Below the pieces are notes generated by a model. The model was not told where the DNA came from and did not search any database. It worked only from the letters and a program-made list of their open reading frames with translations. The position numbers were made by a program, and so were the translations under genes. DNA of 64,000 nucleotides. Origin: Octopus vulgaris. Taxonomy: Eukaryota. The DNA is taken from the NCBI GenBank assembly GCA_951406725.2, contig OX597816.1, positions 133,486,001 through 133,550,000 of the forward strand. Reading direction: 5' to 3'. How positions within the stretch are numbered: the first letter of the stretch is position 1; each line of letters opens with the position of its first letter. This document shows, piece by piece, positions 12,531 to 24,899 of this stretch.

Positions 12531-14816
12531 TAGGTCAATAGCTGTTTGTCAGCTAATGTTTTTAGCAAATCCTAGGAACTAGTGTATAAATCCACTCACT
12601 CACCCTCCATCACGAATGTCATTACCTTACTAACATTGAATTATGAACAACTATAATTATTGTCTTCAACCATTGAGGAAAGCAGATTATCCTGTATTGT
12701 TATTAGATTATTGTTATTATAATAGATTAATAATTATTTTCTGCAGGGCAATGGAAACGACTGAGACACTATAGTACGTAACTATGTATTGTTTTATTGT
12801 AGTTTGTTTGACATCTCACTGTTTCTACATTTATATCCTTCCAGGGCTTCGTTAAAATAAGTTCCAGAAGTATATTGAGATTGTTTCAAACACTTGGTTT
12901 TGCTGTCTAGTGAAAAAAAAAAACAAAAATCAAAAAAAAAAAAAACCCAGAAAATCAATAGTTGATTCTTAGCATTGAGGTCACAAATTAGGAGGAAGGA
13001 AACAAAACAATCACATCATTGAAATCTCGAAGCTATGAAATAATGCGTGATCAATCAAAAACAATGTGAACAAATAAGCATTACATTTGACAGAGTAATA
13101 TGAATGCTAAAGAGTTAAACTGACGTAGTACTTGACCACTACTTTATTTCATTGACCTTAGAAGGACGAAAGCAAAACTGAACTCAACAGTATACCCAGT
13201 AGCTGAACATACAGAAAAATCATCATTATTAGATATTGAGTTCAGATTTTAGAACAAGGCCAGTAATTTTGAGAGAGGTGATAAGTCATCTACATTGATC
13301 CCAGTGTTCAATTGGTACTTGTTTTATCAACCCCAAAAGGATGAAAGGCAAAGTTGCCCTCGACAGAATTTGAACTCAGAATGTAAAGTTGGATAAAATG
13401 CTACTAAGCATTTTGCCTTGTGTGCTAATGATTCTGCCAGCTTGCTGCCTTAAAAGCAAGCTGCATTGATAAAAAAGAATCATAATTATATATTGCAAGG
13501 CATTTTGATATTTAGTTACAGCCCTTTCTTTTCTGAGCTCAAATCCTGCTGAAATGAAATTTGTCTTTCATCTTCCCAGGGTCAATAAAATCAGTACCAA
13601 AAATTTACGATTCTGCCTGACAACTGTGTTTTTTATTATTCAAAACAAGTCATCTTTGCTGCCTGTTCAAAAGAAATCCACATCACCTGAAAGTCAATGG
13701 AAATGATGTGGATAGAATAGTCAGATTTTGATGCATTAGGGTATTTAGATTCATGCCTTGTAGTAATGAGTCCAAATCGATCTGAGATCAAGTTTATCTT
13801 TCATTTTTCCAAAGTCAATATCACCATGCATTTATTAATATTGTAATAAGCACTAATATTATGTAAATATTCTGAGGTTGAGTCAATTAATTCAGTCAGC
13901 CAACTGTTTGCCTGTCATATACAAAAAAGGGCATTAAACACAATGGTTTCCTCCTATCAAATCATTTTATCCATTTATTCATTCATGAAGTTCGTTATTC
14001 AGCCCTTCACTCATTAACTTTTCCAGTCATTGAAACATTTATTCAATGACATATTCATCCATTCTTTCACTCACATACCCCTTTCCTCATAGAATATATA
14101 ATGTGACCACATTGGTGGTATTGGTCAGTGAATGAGAGTGAGAGAGAGAGAGAGAGAGAGAAATGAATATATAATGTTAGAAAAACATAAGTTGGTTTAT
14201 GTCTGAGAGAGAGAAATTGAAAGTAAAATAGATGACAATCATATGGAAAGTAATACATCAGAGATACATCAGATGGTGTAATATAAAAGAGAATATATAA
14301 TAATGTGTTGGTTGGTTTATGAAAGAGAAAGAGAGAAAGAAAATGGGAGGGATGAGAAAATGTCAATGATATGAATATGTAATTCAAATGGATAATATAT
14401 GCTGGGTGGAAAATTACTGCAAGATGGTGGTAGATAGTATGAGAGACAATGGTAAGCCAAGGAAATTTGAGCTGAGATAGATTAAACTTTACATAATTAT
14501 CATGGTGTGAATTCTTTTGTTCATTTATTCTTCTACTGGTTTCAGTCACTGGACTTGTGACTAAGATGAAGTACCTCATTCAGAAGTTTAGCCAATTATA
14601 TTGAACCCAGTACTTCCTGTTGTGCTATTTTTTATTGATCTTATAATAGACATAAAACACGTTGACATTGGTGAAAAGTGATTTTACTCAGAAAGAACTA
14701 AATACCACAAGGTATTTCTAGTTTGACACATTGATTTTGTTCATCAAAGACAATACACTCACACACACACATACATTACCTATATATAGGTGATACACAT
14801 GCACACATGTATGTCA

Positions 14817-14867
<51 letters not shown>

Positions 14868-14881
14868 CCATTCCGAAATAT

Positions 14882-14923
<42 letters not shown>

Positions 14924-15503
14924 TACTCATGCTGATGTCACATTAAAAGCACTGGTGCTGGTGCCACATAGAAAGCACCCAATACATTCTGTAGAGTGGT
15001 TGGTGTTAGGAAGACAATGGAGTCTTACCAGCACCAATGAAACTGTCCAATCCATGCCAGCATGGGAAATGGACATTAAATGATGATGGTGTGTGTGTGT
15101 AGGCACAGGTGTGCTTCCCAACCACATGGTTCTAAGTTCAGTCCCACTGCATGGCCCCTTGGACAAGTATCTTTTGCTATAGTCCCTGGTCAACCAAAGG
15201 CTTATGAGTGGATTTGGTAGATGGAAGCACATACGTATGTGTGTGTTTCTCCTTGTCTTGACACTGTGATAGTTATAAATTATTGTCACTGTAATGCAAG
15301 CAGTGTCATTCATTCCCAGTATTCTGTAAGACCATGTCTGGTCATGAGGAAATATTGCCTTTCTTGGAAAATAGGTAGGAGCTGGGAAAAGGAAGGTCAT
15401 AGAAAAAAAATCTATCTTAGTAAACTCCATCCAACTCATACAAGCTTGGAAAAGTAGATGTTAAAATGATGATGATGACAGTGATGCATTTCCTGATTTT
15501 TAG

Positions 15504-15530
15504 GATAGACATATTGAAGACCTGCATATG
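15504..15530 (+). CDS. Candidate 27-nt microexon (DRHIEDLHM, or a 5'UTR exon ending in the start ATG)
   Basis: ttttag acceptor and strong ATG|gtaaga donor; phase 0 fits the 24198 exon. Short, so it could be chance. Confidence 0.25.
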
Positions 15531-15997
15531 GTAAGATATGACTGAAAGGATTGGCATCAAGAAAGTCATACAGCCATAAAACACTACCTCAAAAAAACCT
15601 ATTCAGGTCATACCATTATGGAGAAGTAGATGTAAAAAAAATGATGTGGATGATGGTTACATCCAACAGGCTTTCATTCTGATAAACCTGGACTATGGTA
15701 GAAGATGCTTGTTGAAGATGCTCTGTAGTGGAATTAAATCCAGAAGCATGTGGTTGCAGAGCAAGCATTTTAATCACATGAATATGACTGCACCCAGATA
15801 GTTGTTGGTTGAAAAGTAACTTAAAAAATGGGTGATAAAAATGAGATATATAGCTTTTGCTTCCCAACCACATGGTTCTAGGTTCAACCCCACTGCATGA
15901 CACTGTGGGCAAGTGTCTTCTGCTATAGCCTTGGACCAACTAAAACCTTGTGAGTGGATATGGTATATGGAAACTGAAAGAAACCTGTCGCATATAT

Positions 15998-16385
15998 ATC
16001 ATCATCATCATCATCATCATTTAGCGTCCGCTTTTCATGCTAGCATGGGTTGGACGGTTCAACTGGGGTCTGTGAAGCCAGAAGACTGCATCAGGCCCAG
16101 TCTGATCTGGCAGTGTTTCTACGGCTGGATACCCTTCCTAACGCCAACCACTTCGTGAGTGTAGTGGGTGCTTTTTACGTGCCACCCGCACAGGTGCCAG
16201 ACGGAGCTGGCAAACGGCCACGGACGGATGGTGCTTTTTACATGCCACCAGCACGGGGGCCAGGCGAGGCTGGCAATGGCCACGATCGGATGGTGCTTTT
16301 TATGTGCCACCGGCACGGGGGCCAGGTGAGGCTGGCAACGGCCACAAACGGATGGTGCTTTTTACATGCCACTGGCACGGAGGCC
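15998..16385 (-). mobile_element. RTE-tail-related short element with about 62-bp internal tandem repeats and (GAT)n tail
   Basis: Repeat starts at 16167, 16230, 16292 and 16354; tail shared with copies at about 14930-15085, 25430-25730, 35455-35620, 40080-40295, 48225-48463 and 59462-59945, and with the RTE 3' end at 44070-44420. Confidence 0.7.
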
Positions 16386-16493
16386 ATATATGTATATATA
16401 TAAGTAATTAAGATTCAGTTGAATTAGGTACTAAAGTTGAAGCACAAAGTCAGTCTGGTATTACCTGCACAGTTCAAAGTAAGATGAATAAAA

Positions 16494-16678
16494 TCGAAAT
16501 AAGTAACAGGATTTCAAGTAATAATGCAGTACAAACATTTCAAGCAGCTCCATTTAATTGAACAATGCAATCATTACAGCAATTTAAAATGATGTAATGA
16601 TTGCATTGTTCAATTAAATGGAGCTGCTTGAAACGGTCATAATGCATTACTACTTGAAATCCTGTTACTTATTTTGAT
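16494..16678. repeat. Fold-back inverted repeat, about 90-bp arms
   Basis: ATCGAAATAAGTAACAGGATTTCAAGTA...TGCAATCATTACA pairs with TGTAATGATTGCA...TACTTGAAATCCTGTTACTTATTTTGAT. Confidence 0.9.
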
Positions 16679-16697
16679 ATATATATATATATATATA

Positions 16698-17960
16698 TTA
16701 GATCATTAAGAATGAAATGTCCAATTTTGAACTGAAAGTTTATTTTACTTTATTAGAACAAAAAGCAATGCAGTTAATCAAAGTATGCACCTAAATTATC
16801 AACACAATTTCACCATATTCTGGCAAAGAAAAATTCTGGAGAGCAAGAGGCGATGAAATCTTGAAAGGCTGTTTTTGCATCTTCTTCAGATTTGAAGTTT
16901 TTTCCTTGTGAAAAGTTGTCTAATGCCTGGAAAATGTGATAGTCAGTTGGTGCAAGGTCTGGTGAATATGGTGGATGACAGAGTACTTCCAAGTTCAGTT
17001 CCGGTAACTCGAGTAGCATTCTTTGTGCAACATGTGGTCAAGCATTGTCTTTCAACAGATTTGGCCTGTCTATTAACCAATCACAGTTGTTTAATCGCAA
17101 GTTCATGCATCATTTCATCCAGTTGGTAGATGTATACATCTACTGTAATTGACTTACCAGGTCTCAAGAAGCTGTAGTGGATGACACCGGCACTGAACCA
17201 CCAAACAGACACCATTAGCCTTTTTGTTGAATATTCTTTGTTGAATTGTGTTTTAGTACTTCGTCTGTATCCATCCACCATGCAGAATGCTTGCTATTGT
17301 TCAAAAGAATTCATTTTTCATCACATGTAACAATATGATGCAAAAATGCTTTGCTTCTTTGCTGTCACAGCAAAGAATAGCAAGTTTCAAAACGACTTGT
17401 CATTTGATGCTGGTTCAGTTCATGTGGTACCCACTTGTCCAACTTCTTTACCTTGCCAATTTGTTTCAGATTGTCCAATACAGTTGGAATCAAAACACCA
17501 ATCCTTGCTGCTAACTCATATGTAGTTTGAGATATATCTGCTTCCACGACAGTTTCCAGCTAATCATTATCCACTTTGGTCTCTGTATACCATAGGGCTG
17601 ACTCTCAAGAGTAAAGTCGCCAGACTGGAACTTCTCAAACCATCGATGTACAGTGTGCTTCATTTTCCACACCTTCACCAAACACCTCATTGATGTTTTG
17701 AGGTATCTGGGATGCATTGGTTCCACGACAGAACTCATATTCATAAACAACATGAATTTTTATCTATCTATAGGTTCACAAACACTGATTTACAAGAGAA
17801 AACTCATAATATAATCAGACACCATGAATTGCATTTTGAAAGGTGATGATATAACTCTTCAATGTTGTAAAACAAAGAATTGTCAGGATAAAACATTAGG
17901 GTTAACGACTGTCAAACTTGGTGCATAAGAAAATCAGACATTTCATTCTTAATGACCTGA
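16698..17960 (-). mobile_element. Full-length mariner transposon (Hsmar1/SETMAR-like) with disrupted transposase
   Basis: TIRs TTAGATCATTAAGAATGAAATGTC / TCAGGTCATTAAGAATGAAATGTC, TA on both flanks, about 1.26 kb; KWVPHEL, HPPYSPDLAPTDYH and HTH motifs spread over several frames. Confidence 0.95.
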
Positions 17961-17962
17961 TA

Positions 17963-17998
<36 letters not shown>

Positions 17999-18789
17999 TG
18001 TATGTCTGTATTTGTTCCCCACCACCACTTGACAACTGGTGTTGGTGTGTTTACCTCCCCATAACTTAGCAGTTCTGCAAAAGAGACCAATAGAATAAGT
18101 ACCAGGCTTAACAAAGAAAAACAAATATTGGGATCGATTCAATCAACTAAAAATTCTTCAAGGTGGTGCTCCAGCATGGCCATACCCTAATGACTGAAAC
18201 GAGTGAAAGATAAATGATAAAAGACATAGCTATCAGAGTATGGCCAGACATGTTTTTACAGACTATTAGAAATGAAGGACTGTTTGCATGACAGTAAAAC
18301 TCATTTACAACTAACATGTGATGTCAAGGCTAGGAGGCACAAGCATACACATGCTTATAGTCACCTACATACATACATACATGATGGGCATCCACTCGTG
18401 ACTGAAGATTATAGCATCATTGTGGTAGTCACAAGACCATAGTGATGGTCATAACACCATAATGGTTGTCTTAGCATCATATTAGTCATCATCGTCATCA
18501 TCATTTTTATGTTCTTTTTTTTCATACTGGCATGGGTTGGAAAGGTTATTCTAAGCCAAGCCAGTTCTTATTTGAAGTCACTTTCCTCTTTGTATGTTCC
18601 ATTTGTAACATGTTTCTTTTGACTAAATGCATTTCCTACTACCATCTACTCTCCAGAGTGTTGAGAATATATTACATCATCTTAGCAGCACTAGAGATGT
18701 TGTTAATGTGCTCATGCTTCATATGCAAACATTGTATAATGTGCCATTTACTCTGAGAGAGAAGGTCTTTGTTGCCAGCAGAATTAATA

Positions 18790-19405
18790 GATCCTGAACT
18801 TTCTCAAACCCATTCTTACTTTGGCTGCTATGTTTTTAATACAACCATCTCTACCCCTAATTAGATCATCTGAGTAACAAATGCCATCAACTACTTCTAG
18901 ATAGCTTTCCAATTATTTTAAGGAATTTATTTCACATACACACTTACTACTATTGTGCATCTGTCACATATGCTGTCTATTGTACTTATAACCCTGCCTG
19001 TGAATAGACACTACACTTCTTGTGTGTCCATAGTTTACAAAAAATACACTGTATGGAATTCCTACAAACTGTTTTTCTGCACATTGAGCATGGCCATTTT
19101 CCTGAAGATGATAGAGTCTTGTTACCTTTCTTGCTAAAAGATACTTTAGTTTACATGAGGTTTAATTTCACCCACTTAAGTTTTGCTTCCAAGTTTATAA
19201 TTTCTTCTTCAACTCTTTGACCCAACTAGCTATGTGATATAGGTCATTGGCACATAGGAGTTCCCATGGACAACCAGTCTTAAACCCCTTTCTTATAGTC
19301 TGGAGAACTATAACAAACACAAGGGGGTTGAATAATGAGCCTTTGTGTACACCAACCAGCATACTAAGTTGCTCATGCAATTCATTGTTAACCCTCACTC
19401 TCTCT
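18790..19405 (-). mobile_element. Degraded RTE LINE RT fragment
   Basis: VGVHKGS...FKTGCPWELLCANDL, homologous to 45195-45557. Confidence 0.75.
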
Positions 19406-19699
19406 ATCAATAATGGTGGTGGTAACAACCTAGTATGTCACTTAGTTTCACATTCACATATATGTTTTTTTATCAAGATGACAAATGAAGTGAAATTAAA
19501 GTTTTTGATCTACACTCACCACCCTTATATACACTATTCTATCTTCTGATGGAGTTTTCTTCCAATTCTCAAAGTTAAAAAAAAAAAAAAAAACATCACT
19601 GCAACTTCTATAATAATTTACAGGTCTCCAACAAAGTTAATATGAATTCTGATCAAGATAGTAACCTCTTGGGAAACTCCTTCTTTTTGATCTTTCTTA

Positions 19700-20110
19700 G
19701 ACAGTCCCTTTTACTTGTGTTAGAAAGCTACTAAACTTTAATTTCTTAATAGAATGAGTTGATACAAGGGAAATCATTATTGATTTGCTGAACACCTATC
19801 CATTATTTATTTACTCAATAACAATTTCATACAGAATAAGCAACTTTATCAGTATCAACAAGATGTGGTGAAATACAGAATGTTGTTTCATAGCTAAGCC
19901 ATTGTTATACATTATAAATGTGGCAACCATCATAATGCAGTAGTAAATTCTTGAGAAACTAAATCCTCTTGGGGCTTACTACTTAAAACTAGCTAATTGA
20001 CTTTAAAATGATCATCAACACTATAAAATTATGATGAAACCAAGACCATTCATTATCCTTGGCACTTTCAAAGACTTTGACAAAGTGTGACATGCAAACA
20101 TCCTGACCTG
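19700..20110 (+). mobile_element. Highly decayed CR1/Jockey-like RT remnant
   Basis: Residual SK(D)FDKV*H-like codons at about 20068-20095; otherwise very degraded. Confidence 0.3.
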
Positions 20111-20421
20111 ATTTTCTTCCAATACACTCTTCAAGAATTAATTATTTTGTTACCATATTTCTGTTTCTATTCATTCTGAAATAATGAAGAATTTAGTAAA
20201 ATAAGCCATAATAAAGCTAATGTTTGAAATTAGTTCACTTTAAAACAAGAAGTGCATATCTCAGTGACAGAAGTAGTCATAGACAGGTTAGTATAAAAAA
20301 GATTAATTACTATTTAAGGTTTCTTCACTCTACAATATATTCCTGCATACATCAATGGGGTTAGCTATTCTGTCCCACTACACTGCTGAATTCTCCAACT
20401 TTTGACCTGTCACCAGATTTA

Positions 20422-21686
20422 TTGGGTTGTCTGGAAAGTTCATGCTGATTTTTAAAGGAAAGAAAAAGGTCAATAAATACTTGCCATTACATTTTTAATC
20501 AACCAAATATGAACCATTTTGTTGCACAATGTGTCTCCATCTTTCCTTTAACTTGAAAATACCCTCTTCCCAGAATTGAGGTGGTTTCACGGCAAAGAAT
20601 TCATCAAGGTATCTTTTTACGTCATCCAAGGAATTGAAATTTTTACCATTAAGATTATTTTGCAGAGACCTGAATAAGTGGAAATCCGAAGGAGCAATAT
20701 CTGGTGAATATGGAGGGTGGGGTAACACATCCCAGCCGAGGTGCAGCAATTTTTGTCTGGTTCTCAAAGAAACGTGCAGTCTTGCATTATCATGTTGGAA
20801 AACAACACTCTTCCTGTTGACCAATTCTGGACATTTCTCTTGAATTGCTGCTTTTAACTTGTCCAATTGTGTGCAGTATTTCTCAGAATTAATTGTCTGG
20901 TTACTTGGGTGAAGCTCATAGTACAGATTTCCTTTCCAGTCCCACCAGACACAAAGCAAGACTTTTTGGGGTGAAGACCCACTTTTGGGGTGGCTAAGGG
21001 TGGCTCATGTTGCTTACTCCAGGATCTCTTTCTCTGAACATTTTGGTAGATAATCCATTTCTAATCATTTCTGTCACGATTTGCTTTAAAAAAGGCGCGT
21101 TTTCATTCCGTTTGTAAAGAGAATCACAGATGGAAATGCGATCCAAAAGGTTCTTCTCACTCAACTCATGTGGTACCCAAACATCGTAGCGATTTGTGTA
21201 CCCAAGCTTTACCAGGTGCTCATGAATGACAGATTTTGATAGCTTGAGGCTTTCTGCCAATTCTCAGGTTGTGCAATATGGGTTAATCTCAATTAATGGC
21301 TTGATTTGATCTGTAGTGGATGGTCTGCCTGATTGCTCTATATCTATAAGGCTACAATCTCCAGCTCGGAACCTTGCAAACCACTTCCGTACAGTTCTTT
21401 TGGATAAAGAAACATCACCGTAAACTGCGCATATTTCTTTGGTTGCTTGTGAAGCATTTTTCCCTTTATGGAAAAAGAAAAGCATCAAGTGCTGAAAATG
21501 AACTTTCTTATCTTCCATTTTAAAGGGTTACAGAATTAACACAGGTTATAAGAACATAAACCTTCTTCCACAAAAAGATAGCTTAAACTGTGCTCTAAAT
21601 GGAGGTGTAGTCAAATCCCATTTTATGGACTCAACCATGTTTTAAAATAAGTCAAAAGATAAGCACAAACTTTCCGGACAACCCAA
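20422..21686 (-). mobile_element. Full-length mariner transposon (mellifera-like) with frameshifted transposase
   Basis: TIRs TTGGGTTGTC(T/C)GGAAAGTT at both ends with TA TSDs; MEDKKVHFQH...GKNASQA, VWVPHEL, LCVWWDWKG, FQHDNAR, HPPYSPDIAPSDFHLF. Confidence 0.97.
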
Positions 21687-24197
21687 TATTTTCATAATAG
21701 CTACATTCTCTTTCTCATTGATAAGTCTCAGTTTTAAAGATCATGCCCTCTGTATGTTATTGCACATGCTCTTTCTTGAAGTTTCAAATTCTTAGCTCTG
21801 TTAAATTTGTAATGAAGAGACTTGATTTTCTTTTCAAAAACCTTATATACTTAATTATGGAATAATTATTAGTTATTTACAAAATCAAAGGACAGTCTAA
21901 AATGAAGAACCATTCTAATATCTGGCATTCTAAGTCTCGTTTAAAGAAGAAAGTCACTTAACCAATGGTACATGGGATGGAATGCTTCACATTATTTGTT
22001 CAGAGCCCCTGTATCCTGGGTTCAAATCCTTCTAAGGTCAACTTTGTTATTCATCTTTTCAGGTTGATAAAGAAAATGTACTGTTCTAGGGTGACAGATT
22101 AGCAAATATCACAAGGTTTCTGTCGGATTAGATATGTGATATTGCTGTAACTCTGAGTTCAAATCCTATCATGAGTGGTGGCCTTCTGGTCTTTGGATGC
22201 TTCTAGCAGACTCAGCTCTTTTGCAAGCATTCAGGTCATGGTGATAAATACCATTCCTCCCTCTCTTCTCACCAGTCTCAGAGGTCCTGTAAAGTAGCAT
22301 TAGCATTGTCTTTCCTCCTGACTAAAAGATGAAAAAATTTAATTATTAACTCTCCATTAGACAACTTTCAAATCCTAGTTAATGATTGACTAGCAACATA
22401 ACTATCCCCCCCCGCTCCTCCTCTTCCCCCTCCCTCCTCCTCCTCCTCCTCCTCATCATCATCATCGTTATCAGCAGCAATATTCTACTTTCCATTTTTA
22501 GTAAAAAGTTTAAATATTTAATAACTTTTCATAAAAAAAATAGTATTGATAAACCAGCAATAAATATGCTTTTACAGTTCCTATCCCCACTTCATATTTA
22601 TTGTTTGGCATTTGATATTCAATAAAATTTCTATAGAACAAAGCCAGTCCTTCACACTAAACAGCTAAACATTTTTGAAAAACAAAATCTCTGACTTTGT
22701 GTGTAATCATGTTGCACACAAAAATAAATAAAAATAAGTGTCATCTGATAGCTGTCGGTAATTTTTCTTTCCTATGTCACCAGACTATTGAGTTATTGCT
22801 TTCAAGAACTAATTTGTCAATTACTTTGTTATCTTGAGAAATTAAAACTCAAAGTTTTGGTTAAGCCTAAGTGCGCATGGCAGGACTGGCAACAGACTTT
22901 GACATTTCTCTTTTACTGGAAACTTTTCATGGCTAGCAATGCTGTAATGAATAATTTACTAGCAGGTAAAATATGCTGGAATAATGCAAACTTTTTCATC
23001 CACTTACAAAATATTAACTGTGGAAATAATTGATTTTATCTTGTTGAGAAATATGTGAGATGAGAAGCAAGCTGTCTCAGCTATATGTGTGTTCTTAGTA
23101 GCTAGCTCACAGTTGGTGATAGCTGATAGATGCACTATGAAAAAGAAAAGCAACAGATTGTTACACACAACAAAAATTTCATCTGTTGCTATATTTTACT
23201 ATTAGTTAGTTGATGGAATTAATTTGAAACTGATTTTTAGATAACTCATTGTATATGGCCGGCCATAGCTTCATGGATTGTTTCAATATTTAATTCACAG
23301 CAGTTCATTGGTTTTTATTTAGATCTTGCTGCTTCTCTGTTTTTCTATTCACCAAAATGTAATTCTGGATAAACTATGACAGTATAATATATATCTCATC
23401 TCGGACAATATTGAGGATTCAACAAGGAAAAATCTACTACACTCTGATTACAATTGCTCATAACTGCCCATTGCTTCGACTATTTTCCTTTTTAAATAAG
23501 CTTGTCATGCACATAAAAAAAAAATAAAATAAAATAAATAAGAAATATAAATATATAATTATGCATAAAAAACTATTTTTCTCTTCATGAAATCCAAACT
23601 TAATATTTGCTTCTGAGACATGACCAATTACATAAATCTTTAGAAAAAATATGAGAAAATAAAACTAATTATGATAATAAACTCCAAAATGAAACTGGAT
23701 CTTACTTCAACAGTAGCTGGAATAATGTTTCATGGCTGGTATGTATATCTGTTACACTTTCATATAATATTTTGATTTGCTTTGGTATTTTGATCTGGCA
23801 TTTCTTAATTTGTCTTTAGTCATTGAGTGTTCTTTCATAGTCAGTCAGTCATTCAGTAAAACATTCTTCAATGTCTTACATAAAATATCATTTAGTAGAG
23901 ACTTCTGTGGGTTTTTTTTTTGTTGTTTTCTTTTTTATGTTGTTCCTCAAAAAGTTGCTGGTAGGAATGCTAGAATTTGCAGGAATTTTGCACCACAATT
24001 CTAGTATTCTATCCATTGTTTCAAAAACAAGCCACTACCAACACCATCACAAAGTAGTGAGGGTTGCATCCTCCTCCTCAGCCACCCCTCCTCCTCCTCC
24101 TCTTCTTCTTCTTCTTCTTAGTATTATTATTACTTTTTTTCTTTCTTTCTTCAAATTTTCTTCTCCATTTCTTGCCAAGTGTTTTCCGTACACCTAG

Positions 24198-24240
24198 GGC
24201 AGAGAAGCATTCCCAGATTATTACACATGCAAATTCACAG
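24198..24240 (+). CDS. Candidate coding exon of an unidentified host gene (GREAFPDYYTCKFT)
   Basis: Long polypyrimidine tract then ctag acceptor; CAG|gtaaaa donor; open frame, phase 0 to 1, compatible with the 42628 exon. Confidence 0.5.
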
Positions 24241-24299
24241 GTAAAATATGTATTAAAAAAAAAATTAATAAATAAATAAATTCATGAATGGATGTAGTT

Positions 24300-24840
24300 T
24301 TCACAACAATTATGCTCTTCTCAGTACATGAGTCGTTCCAGTTAACACGATTTTTTGCACTTCCTGTAAGGATGGTAAGCCTGGTATCATTTTCAAATTA
24401 CTTTTCAGTACCCTTTTTTTTATCATTCCTAGAGACTCTACAATCACTGGTACTGTAGTCGCCTTGAGATGCCACATTTTTTCAATTTCTATTAGCAAGT
24501 CTTTATATTTACTGGTCTTGTCAAATTCTTTCGCCGCTATATTGTGATCGCAAGGAATACTCATGTCAATTAATAAACACATCTTTTTTGTCTGATCTCT
24601 TATTATAATATCCGGTTAATTAACTCTTATAGATTTGTCAGTATGTACGGGGAAGTCCCAGAGAATCGACACATTTTCTCCCTCAGTCACAGCTTCAGGA
24701 TGGTGTTTATACCATTTATCAGCAGTTTTGATTTTATAATGCTGACATATTGTCCAGTGTAAATACTGGACAGACTTTATTGTTTTGGTCTTTCACAACA
24801 ATATCTAGTTTATTTGTTTTGATGGTCCAGTCTGTACATA
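24300..24840 (-). mobile_element. 3' fragment(s) of an R4/Dong-type non-LTR element (restriction-like endonuclease domain)
   Basis: LWDFPVHTD...PDII...CLLIDMSIP...KYKDLLIEIEKMW...VPVIV; a second short homologous piece at 24765-24840. Confidence 0.85.
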
Positions 24841-24845
24841 CTAGA

Positions 24846-24899
<54 letters not shown>

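Larger units (their letters stand above)
15851..18222 (+). mobile_element. SINE family A split by nested insertions (5' half 15851-15990, 3' half about 18000-18222)
   Basis: The halves are collinear with intact copies; the inserts lie in the internal microsatellite. Confidence 0.7.

Noticed and set aside
12747-12780. Possible start exon ATGGAAACGACTGAG
   Set aside because: In-frame TAG, or a donor phase that does not fit the downstream candidate exons.
14067-14579. 170-aa minus-strand ORF
   Set aside because: Arises from purine-biased low-complexity sequence; no domain or splice support.
16165-16385. CRISPR-like spaced repeats, also 59642-59945
   Set aside because: The intervening sequences are homologous to each other, the context is eukaryotic and there are no cas genes; these are minisatellites.
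22782-22965. Possible exon ending CAG|gtaaaa (MASNAVMNNLLA)
   Set aside because: Phase 1 end does not fit the 24198 exon and the acceptor is unclear; cannot be excluded as a UTR or alternative exon.
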